A stretch of 10,926 nt of DNA from NCBI GenBank assembly GCA_036338595.1, contig JAYZBV010000094.1:1-10926 (forward strand), in the 5' to 3' direction. The position numbers were made by a program, and so were the translations under genes. The stretch is from Planctomycetota bacterium. GTDB taxonomy: Bacteria; Planctomycetota; UBA8108; UBA1146. Under the pieces are notes generated by a model. That model saw only the letters and a list, made by a program, of their open reading frames with translations. It was not told the origin of the DNA and searched no databases. Below are positions 1 to 6,566 of the stretch, piece by piece (position 1 is the first letter of the stretch; each line of letters begins with the position of its first letter).

Positions 1-336
1 CTCGGAGATGAATTCGATGATCCCATCGAGTCGTGACAGTTCCTCGCAGACGCTGGAATATACCTTGGGATTGCGTCCCTCCTTGTAGCCCAGGTCGTAG
101 AGAGCCTCCATGGCGTCCTCGGTACCATAGGCAGCGATCTGACGCCCGATATCGATGGCGTTGTCATGCTCTTCGCCCCGGACTGCTTTCTTGAAATCCT
201 TGACCAGTTTCTTGATCTCCTTGGAATCTGGAGATGCGAATCCCATCACGTCCGTCTGGACGAGCAGAAATCCACAGATTGCGGGCACCAGGAATAGTGC
301 TAGCAGGCGGCTTGAAGCGCGTAGTTGCCAGATCAT
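1..336 (-). CDS. Hypothetical exported alpha-helical protein (possibly HEAT-repeat-like); 5' part only, runs off the left edge
   Basis: Absent from the ORF track because its stop lies outside the window. Hand translation from ATG at 336 is open to base 1: MIWQLRASSRLLALFLVPAICGFLLVQTDVMGFASPDSKEIKKLVKDFKKAVRGEEHDNAIDIGRQIAAYGTEDAMEALYDLGYKEG... A GAGGGAGG Shine-Dalgarno lies 4 nt upstream. N-terminal basic + hydrophobic segment is followed by amphipathic helices. Function is a guess. Confidence 0.75.
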   Translation of the reverse strand, partial: MIWQLRASSRLLALFLVPAICGFLLVQTDVMGFASPDSKEIKKLVKDFKKAVRGEEHDNAIDIGRQIAAYGTEDAMEALYDLGYKEGRNPKVYSSVCEELSRLDGIIEFISE

Positions 337-450
337 CGTTCCTCCCTCGGCACCGGTTGGAGCCGGTGCGGGCTCGGTAAAGGTGGTCGGCTATCCTTCT
401 GCATCAGCGGGGAAGCCCGCCCCCGGAAGCCAGCTTCCGGAGACCTGTTC

Positions 451-459
451 AAGGTATCA
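451..459 (-). promoter_or_regulatory. Candidate extended -10 promoter (TGnTACCTT) for the leftmost minus-strand gene
   Basis: Minus strand reads TG-A-TACCTT about 115 nt upstream of the ATG at 336. No good -35 at 17 bp. Confidence 0.3.
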
Positions 460-532
460 TGAGGCTCTCCCGGGCACCATCGGCAAGGTATTGGCGAAAA
501 TTGGCTCGTCCGGGGTGATGTACTCGCTCGAT

Positions 533-560
533 TTGCTTATCTTGGCCGTGGCCGTATCGT
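533..560 (+). promoter_or_regulatory. Candidate sigma70 promoter of udp
   Basis: TTGCTT (533-538), 16 nt spacer, TATCGT (555-560), directly upstream of the GGAGG SD and the ATG at 577. Confidence 0.4.
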
Positions 561-576
561 GGCCCCGGAGGAATCG

Positions 577-1341
577 ATGTCCCAGCACCCAGGTGACTCA
601 GAGCGTCAATACCACATCGGTCTCTCCCGAGGAGATGCCGCCACCAAGATCCTTCTCGCTGGCGATCCGGAGAGAGTCCGCAGAAATGCGACTCGTCTCG
701 ATCGCATCGACGGGGAATGGAGTTGTCGAGAGTTCCTGACCATCACCGGACAGTGGCGCGGCGAACAGGTATCCCTGATGGCTACCGGCATCGGCGCCAG
801 CAACATCGAGATTGCCATGGTGGAACTGGCTGCCATCGTCGACGACCCGGTTTTGATCCGGGCAGGATCTTGCGGAGGCATCGATCCTGCCATCGAACTG
901 GGTGACCTGGTCGTGAGCTGGGGTGCCGTGCGGATGGAAAACACTTCGACCACATTTGTTCCTGAAGGATATCCAGCGGTAGCACACCCCGATGTGATTC
1001 AGGCGCTACTGGGCCAGGCGCGAGATAAACAGTATCCGGTGCATCTGGGCATGACCGCAACAGCACCTGGTTTTTACGGTGCCCAGGGTCGCCACGAGCA
1101 CGGATTCCCGCCACGCCACCCAGAAGTGATCGCTGAACTGGCTCGAATCGGTGTCGCCAACATGGAGATGGAAGCCTCGGCACTCTTCACGCTCGCATCC
1201 CTTCGTGGCTGGCGAGCGGGCTGTGTCTGCACCGTCTTCGGTCGTCGCCACCATGACGAGTTCGTGCCCTGCGCCGAAAAGCCAGCTCTCGAGGATCGCT
1301 GTGTCGAGGTGGCCCTCGATGCGCTGCTGAGCATCTCGTGA
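577..1341 (+). CDS. udp: Uridine phosphorylase (PNP_UDP_1 family), 254 aa
   Basis: ATG at 577 preceded by GGAGG, preferred over GTG at 559. Motifs QYHIGL, LLAGDPERV, REF, ATGIGASN, LIRAGSCG, FYGAQGR (uracil-binding Q and R, cf. E. coli GQER) and NMEMEASALF. Confidence 0.9.
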   Translation: MSQHPGDSERQYHIGLSRGDAATKILLAGDPERVRRNATRLDRIDGEWSCREFLTITGQWRGEQVSLMATGIGASNIEIAMVELAAIVDDPVLIRAGSCGGIDPAIELGDLVVSWGAVRMENTSTTFVPEGYPAVAHPDVIQALLGQARDKQYPVHLGMTATAPGFYGAQGRHEHGFPPRHPEVIAELARIGVANMEMEASALFTLASLRGWRAGCVCTVFGRRHHDEFVPCAEKPALEDRCVEVALDALLSIS

Positions 1342-1353
1342 TGCGAGCGATTC

Positions 1354-2229
1354 TCAGCGTTTGAAACGCACATCCGGGTCCAGCGTTGAGATGGCGGCGT
1401 CGACGATCCTCAGCAGCCGCCCGCGGGAGAGGCGACCAGTTTCCATCACCTCTTCGTGGCTCAATTGCTGCCCTGACATCCCCGCGGCCAGGTTGGTCAC
1501 CAACGAAAAACCCTGTACCTGCAGTCCACAATCGACCGCAGTGATCGCCTCCTGAACCGTCGACATCCCGACCAGATCCGCTCCCAGTTTGCGCAGCATC
1601 CTCACCTCTGAAGGGGTCTCGTAAGTGGGTCCCGGTAGACCGACGTAACTTCCACGGGGGAAGCCACTCGACGCTCCCGCGGCGGAATCGTTCCGATACC
1701 ACTGCTCGGTGCGATCGATCCAGTCATGGTCGAAGAGGCTCTTCTGATTCCGGAGATGGGCAGTGACCCTCTGGCTCACCTTCGGTGTCACCCCCTGCAG
1801 GTTGATATGGTCCTCGATGGAGACCACCTCGCCCGGGCTCCAGTCGTCACGGATTCCACCTGCGGCGTTGGTCAGGATCAAAGCCCGGGCACCGAGGCGA
1901 GCCAGGATGCGAATCCCCCGCACCACTTCCTCCACATCGTACCCCTCATACAGATGCACCCTGCCCCCCAGAAGCAGCACCTGTACTGCCCCGATCTGCC
2001 CGAGGATCCACTCGCCTCCATGTCCAGGCACCGAGGGGGTCGGCATGCCTGGGATATCCTCGACACGGATGCGGCAATCCTCGACCAGGGCGCCCTCTGG
2101 AAACTGGATACCGGATCCGAGCACGACACCGACAGCGGGAGTGACAGCGGACCGGTCCGGTTTGCACAGTTCGCGCCATTGCTGACGAATCCAGCGACAC
2201 GCCTCCTCGGCATCGAATCGCTCGGTCAT
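1354..2229 (-). CDS. punA: Purine nucleoside phosphorylase, trimeric PunA/XapA type, 291 aa
   Basis: Start ATG at 2229 overlaps the upstream TGA (ATGA). Motifs VVLGSG, PGHGG, GRVHLYEG, TNAAGG, DHINL, GPTYETPSE, VGMSTVQE, VTNLAAG, LSHEEV. The longer 2391 start adds a junk leader overlapping the upstream gene. Confidence 0.93.
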   Translation of the reverse strand: MTERFDAEEACRWIRQQWRELCKPDRSAVTPAVGVVLGSGIQFPEGALVEDCRIRVEDIPGMPTPSVPGHGGEWILGQIGAVQVLLLGGRVHLYEGYDVEEVVRGIRILARLGARALILTNAAGGIRDDWSPGEVVSIEDHINLQGVTPKVSQRVTAHLRNQKSLFDHDWIDRTEQWYRNDSAAGASSGFPRGSYVGLPGPTYETPSEVRMLRKLGADLVGMSTVQEAITAVDCGLQVQGFSLVTNLAAGMSGQQLSHEEVMETGRLSRGRLLRIVDAAISTLDPDVRFKR

Positions 2230-5030
2230 GGCAGCAGGATTCCGGCGACACAGCCGGTCATCAGAGCAGCCACCGTGCCTCCGACAAGCGCACGAAGCCC
2301 CAGCGAGGAGAGTCGAGGCCTGAGGGAGGGTTCCAGCGACGAGATCCCACCGATCTGGATCGCGACGCTGGCAAAGTTTGCAAATCCGCACAGTGCATAG
2401 GTCGTGAGCGCCCTCGACCGATCACTGAGGGTGTCGACCCCCGAGAGTTCCATGAAAGCGACGAACTCATTGAGTACCGTCTTCATGCCGATCAGCGAAG
2501 CGACGGTGGACACATCCTTCAGATCCACTCCCAGCAACCATGCAAAGGGATAGAACAACCACCCGAAGACATCCTGTAAGTTGAAGGAAGGTGACTCGGC
2601 CAGCACCGGCTGCTCCATCTGAAGAAACACATCTCCGATCGAGAATGCCCAGTAGGACAGGTGCTGGGTCAGCCATGCCAGGGATGCGTTAGCGAGGGCC
2701 ACCAGTGCAACAAATGCAATCAGCATCGCGATGACATTGAGTGCCAGGATCAACCCCTCGCTGGTTCCCCGGCAAGCGGCATCGAGCAGATTGGAATCGG
2801 TTCGTTTGATTTCCAGTTTTGCAGAAGTTGGATCACCCAGTTCTTTCTTCTCGGGCACCATCAACTTGGCAGCCACCAGAGCCGCTGGAGCCGACATGAA
2901 ACTGGCAGCCAGCAGGTGTCCTGCATCGATTCCAAGACTGACATAGGCGGCAAATACGCTGCCCGCCACCGTCGCCATCCCCCCCGTCATCAACGCCATC
3001 ACTTCGGAGTTGGTCATGATTTTCAGATAGGGACGGATCACCAGTGGAGCCTCGGTCTGGCCGGCAAAGATGTTGGCAGCGGCGGCGAGAGATTCGGGGC
3101 CGCTGGTCTTCATCGTCATCTGCATCAGCCGAGCAATCACCCACACGACGATCTGTAACAATCCGATGTGATAAAAGATGGCCATCAGTGCAGAGACGAA
3201 GATGATGGTCCCGAGCAACACGATCCAGAGCTGAAACCCAGCTCCGCTCACTGACGACAGGGAGCCAAAGACCATGCCGGTACCCACCTCGGAGAAATCG
3301 AGGATCCCCTGAAAGATCTCCTTGGCACCGGAGGTGAAGGACTTGCCCCAGCCGGTCCTCAAAATCAAGAAAGCCAGCACCAGTTGCAGTCCAACTCCCC
3401 AGTAGACCGTTCGCCAGCGCACCTCCGAGCGAGAGGTGGAAATCACCCAGCACAACGCCACGAGAACCAGCAGACCGAGCAAGCTTCGGCCACGGTCGAG
3501 CCACGAGGCTGCCTTTGCCTCTGGAGGCGATTCGATGTACACCTCCGCAGCGATGGATGCGTAGATTCTCTCATCCGAATCTTCCTGTTCGAGAGCACGT
3601 TCCGTCGCCTCGAGCACCGACAGCCCACCGTCCCCGTGCGGAGCTGCTGCCAGCAGGTCCCAGCCATCGCCGCCTGTGGCCAGGTAGTCGTTGGTGGCGA
3701 TTCGAATCTGCTGCTGATCGGACACGGGAGAACCGTCGAGCAAGACCTGCAACACCTCGACGGTGCCCTCCGCATCACTGCCCACCTCGATCTGCACGCC
3801 GTGGAAATCGATTCCTCGCCCCTCTGAAGTGAGAGACTTGCCAACGACCTGCTTCAGTTGCTCTCCCGTCAGCGTGACTACCGTGACACGGTTCCCGAAG
3901 GGAGAGATCTGAAAAAGGTCGCGGTAGAGCACATCTCCAGCGGGGAGGTCATCCCGGATGCCACCATGATTATGAAAGGAGGCAGCGACTCCGGTGGCGT
4001 CCGCCATGGCATCGCAGATCCAGCGCCCCAGAGGACTGGAGACGGCCCCATCCTGTTTGTGTCCAGAGCGCGTCAGAACCTCAGGAGACACTCCAACTCT
4101 TCGATCCATCTTCTTTCCCACACGTTTTTCGACGCTGGAAATCAGGTCGCGCAGCAGCGGATTTTCCGAGGCATCCACCGCTGGAACCGCAACGACACTC
4201 GAGTGGACCACTACACCCTGATCACTCCTTGTGAACTCGATCCTGCCGACATGGCGGGTCTTCGCTCCCACCTGTGCGACCACTGTCTGATGTTCGGGAT
4301 CGATCCAGGGCGGATCGACCAGCGTGTGAGAATGTCCACCGACAATCAGATCGATTCCGGACACCTCACTTGCGAGTGCTCGCTCGAGATGAACTCCACT
4401 GTGCGAGAGCACGATGATCAGCTCTGCTCCAGCTTTCCGGAGTCGATCTCGCGCACGGACGACAACGGGAGCCAGCGGTGCCACTGTCAGTTGCTTACCC
4501 ACCGCAGGGGCGATGATGTTGGGTGCATCGGGTGTCAAGATGCCGATCAATCCAACACGAAATCCGCCTCTCTCGATGATGTGATCATTGAGGACCACGC
4601 CAGCCAGGCGCCCTCCCGAGTCGGTCACATTGGAAGCCAGAATCGGTATCGTCGTCGACTGGATCAATCGAAGCAGATTATCGATACCGTAGTCAAAGTC
4701 GTGATTGCCGATGGTCGCAGCATCGAACCCGAGTAGTTCCATCGATCGGAGAACATTGAGTCCTCCGTCATCGGCTCCCTCAGGAGTGCCCTGAAACCAG
4801 TCGCCTGCATCCAGCAGCAGTAGATGATCGGCACCCACCTCTGCCCTGGCAGCGCTGACGATCTGCTGAACGCCGGCAAGGCCACCACTTGAGCCAGAAC
4901 TACTGGTTCGAGGGAGAAGTTGCCCGTGCATGTCGTTGAGATGTAAGACGACAAGTCGATCCTGGCTCGCAACGGAGCCACTCGACAGGAGCATCAGCAA
5001 GAGCAACAGGGGTACGGATCGCAACGCCAT
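2226..5030 (-). CDS. Fusion protein, 934 aa: signal peptide + 5'-nucleotidase (metallophosphoesterase and 5'-NT C-terminal domains) + NupC/CNT concentrative nucleoside transporter
   Basis: Start MALRSVPLLLLLMLLSSGSVAS (Sec signal). 5'-NT motifs HLNDMHG, LLDAGDWFQG, IGNHDFDYG, LSHSG, VGGHSH, HNHGGIR, SPFGN, TNDYLATGGDG (about 3590-4960). CNT motifs SLLGLLVLVALCWVIS..VRWRTV, ESLAAAANIFAGQTEAP, GGMATVAGS, ASFMSAPAAL, KTVLNEFVA, YALCGFANFAS (about 2229-3490). Single uninterrupted frame. Confidence 0.92.
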   Translation of the reverse strand: MALRSVPLLLLLMLLSSGSVASQDRLVVLHLNDMHGQLLPRTSSSGSSGGLAGVQQIVSAARAEVGADHLLLLDAGDWFQGTPEGADDGGLNVLRSMELLGFDAATIGNHDFDYGIDNLLRLIQSTTIPILASNVTDSGGRLAGVVLNDHIIERGGFRVGLIGILTPDAPNIIAPAVGKQLTVAPLAPVVVRARDRLRKAGAELIIVLSHSGVHLERALASEVSGIDLIVGGHSHTLVDPPWIDPEHQTVVAQVGAKTRHVGRIEFTRSDQGVVVHSSVVAVPAVDASENPLLRDLISSVEKRVGKKMDRRVGVSPEVLTRSGHKQDGAVSSPLGRWICDAMADATGVAASFHNHGGIRDDLPAGDVLYRDLFQISPFGNRVTVVTLTGEQLKQVVGKSLTSEGRGIDFHGVQIEVGSDAEGTVEVLQVLLDGSPVSDQQQIRIATNDYLATGGDGWDLLAAAPHGDGGLSVLEATERALEQEDSDERIYASIAAEVYIESPPEAKAASWLDRGRSLLGLLVLVALCWVISTSRSEVRWRTVYWGVGLQLVLAFLILRTGWGKSFTSGAKEIFQGILDFSEVGTGMVFGSLSSVSGAGFQLWIVLLGTIIFVSALMAIFYHIGLLQIVVWVIARLMQMTMKTSGPESLAAAANIFAGQTEAPLVIRPYLKIMTNSEVMALMTGGMATVAGSVFAAYVSLGIDAGHLLAASFMSAPAALVAAKLMVPEKKELGDPTSAKLEIKRTDSNLLDAACRGTSEGLILALNVIAMLIAFVALVALANASLAWLTQHLSYWAFSIGDVFLQMEQPVLAESPSFNLQDVFGWLFYPFAWLLGVDLKDVSTVASLIGMKTVLNEFVAFMELSGVDTLSDRSRALTTYALCGFANFASVAIQIGGISSLEPSLRPRLSSLGLRALVGGTVAALMTGCVAGILLP

Positions 5031-5156
5031 GGCACAAACTTCTTCCCGGTTGGAGAATCGGGAGAGAGGATAGCGGAACAATTCACACCAGAACAGCGGG
5101 AGCACTTGCAACAGAGGCATGTCAGGCTACATCATCAGGGCCGAAGGAGCCTCAGC
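5031..5156. promoter_or_regulatory. Divergent promoter region between the nucleotidase-CNT/punA operon and the phosphomutase
   Basis: 126-bp gap between head-to-head ATGs. Minus-strand -10-like TATCCT at 5067-5072, the same hexamer as in the tRNA promoter. Plus-strand TTGCAA (5106-5111), 16 nt, TACATC (weak -10). SD AAGGAG at 5144-5149. Confidence 0.5.
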
Positions 5157-6551
5157 ATGAATCTGCCAGCGCAAATATTCAGAACCTACGACATCCGTGG
5201 CATTGTTGGTGAGGATCTGAACGAAGCGATCGTCGAGCAGATCGGCCTCGGATTGGGGACCCTGCTCGCCAGCGAGGGTGCAACCACGGTCGCAGTGGGT
5301 CATGACATCCGCTCTTCCAGCGCTCCCTTCGCCGCCAGTGTTCGCGATGGACTGCTGAAGTCAGGGCTCGATGTCATCGAGGTCGGACAGGTTCCGACAC
5401 CTCTTCTCTACTGGGCCGTTCAGCACCTCGGGACAGATGGCGGGGTGATGATCACGGGAAGTCATAATCCCGTGGAGTACAACGGCCTGAAGATCACTCG
5501 TGGAGTGATGCCGATCTGGGGCGAAGAACTGCAAGAGTTGCGAAACATCTCGATCGGTGCCAGTGCGGTGGCTACTCCAGGTGAGACCAGTGGCTCCGAT
5601 GTTCTTGGCCCCTACATCGATAGTCGCGCCAGTCGTTTTCAACTTCCTGAGGGGCTGAAGGTGGCCATCGATTGCGGCAACGGCACCGCCGGCCCCGTCG
5701 CCATCCCCCTCTTCCAGAAACTGGGCATCGAGGTCGATGCTCTCTATCCAGAACCCGATGGCACCTTTCCCAATCATCTCCCCGACCCGGAAGTCCCTCG
5801 CTACATGCAGAAACTGTGCGACACCGTTTCAGAGGGTGATTACGCCTGTGGATTCGGGTTCGACGGCGATTCCGACCGGGTAGGACTGATCGACGAGACC
5901 GGTCGAAAAAGATCGGCGGACCACCTGTTGCTCGCATTTGCCCGGCACCTGCTGGAGCAAGTTCCCGGAGGCAAGATCATCTACGATGTCAAGTGCTCCG
6001 ACTATGTCGAGGACGGGATTCGCGCGGCTGGCGGGGATCCCATCCTTTGCAAGACAGGACACTCCATCATCAAGGAACGGATGAAGGAGACCGGCGCCAT
6101 CCTTGCTGGCGAACTGTCGGGCCATATCTGCGTCGGGCATGGTGGAGACGGTTTTGACGATGCCTTCTTCGCGGCATTACTGACGCTCGAGATCATGGCC
6201 ACCCGCGGCTGCCTCTGCTCCGATCTATTCGAGGGAATCCCCGAGATGGTGGCCACTCCCGAGGTCAAGATCCCGGTGAAGGAAGAGGACAAGTTTCAGG
6301 TTGTCGAGGATCTGGTGGCGCTGTTTCGCCAGGATTCGAAGGGCGGAACCCTGATCGACCTCGACGGCGTACGCGTTTCCTATGATGACGGCTGGCTTCT
6401 GATACGAGCTTCAAATACCACTGCCAACCTGACGGTACGGGTCGAGGGAGTCGATGAAGCCGCTCGGGACCGAATTGGGAAACTGGTCAAGGATTCCCTC
6501 TCGAACCAGCCTGTCGAGCTTGCCAACCTGGACGAGGCCTTATCCGCTTGA
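5157..6551 (+). CDS. Phosphomannomutase/phosphoglucomutase (AlgC-like alpha-D-phosphohexomutase), 464 aa
   Basis: ATG at 5157 with AAGGAG SD. Motifs IFRTYDIRG, ITGSHNP (phosphoserine loop), FDGDSDR (metal loop), KTGHS, AGELSGH (sugar loop), LIRASNT (phosphate binding). Confidence 0.93.
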   Translation: MNLPAQIFRTYDIRGIVGEDLNEAIVEQIGLGLGTLLASEGATTVAVGHDIRSSSAPFAASVRDGLLKSGLDVIEVGQVPTPLLYWAVQHLGTDGGVMITGSHNPVEYNGLKITRGVMPIWGEELQELRNISIGASAVATPGETSGSDVLGPYIDSRASRFQLPEGLKVAIDCGNGTAGPVAIPLFQKLGIEVDALYPEPDGTFPNHLPDPEVPRYMQKLCDTVSEGDYACGFGFDGDSDRVGLIDETGRKRSADHLLLAFARHLLEQVPGGKIIYDVKCSDYVEDGIRAAGGDPILCKTGHSIIKERMKETGAILAGELSGHICVGHGGDGFDDAFFAALLTLEIMATRGCLCSDLFEGIPEMVATPEVKIPVKEEDKFQVVEDLVALFRQDSKGGTLIDLDGVRVSYDDGWLLIRASNTTANLTVRVEGVDEAARDRIGKLVKDSLSNQPVELANLDEALSA

Positions 6552-6566
6552 TCTCAATTCGCAATT

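Noticed and set aside
155..739. 194-aa plus-strand ORF
   Set aside because: It overlaps the better-supported minus-strand gene (strong SD) and udp in another frame, is Ser/Pro-rich, and has no motif.
2230..2391. Cys-rich N-terminal extension of PNP in the ORF track
   Set aside because: It lies inside the CNT coding region; the ATGA-coupled start at 2229 gives a normal-length PNP.
3858..4736. 292-aa plus-strand ORF and the other long antisense ORFs (e.g. 1726-2400, 2661-3158, 8831-9349, 10106-10633)
   Set aside because: Shadow ORFs opposite motif-validated genes, expected at high GC; no recognisable motifs.
5072..5097. AGCGGAACAATTCACACCAGAACAGC resembles the lac operator/M13-reverse region (AGCGGATAACAATTTCACACAGGAAACAGC)
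   Set aside because: The alignment needs several indels, only one operator half is present, and no vector sequence flanks it. Most likely chance; neither contamination nor a LacI-family operator can be supported.
5031..5156. Upstream extensions making the fusion (start 5120) and the mutase (start 5106) overlap head-to-head
   Set aside because: The signal peptide at 5030 and the SD-preceded ATG at 5157 are much better starts.
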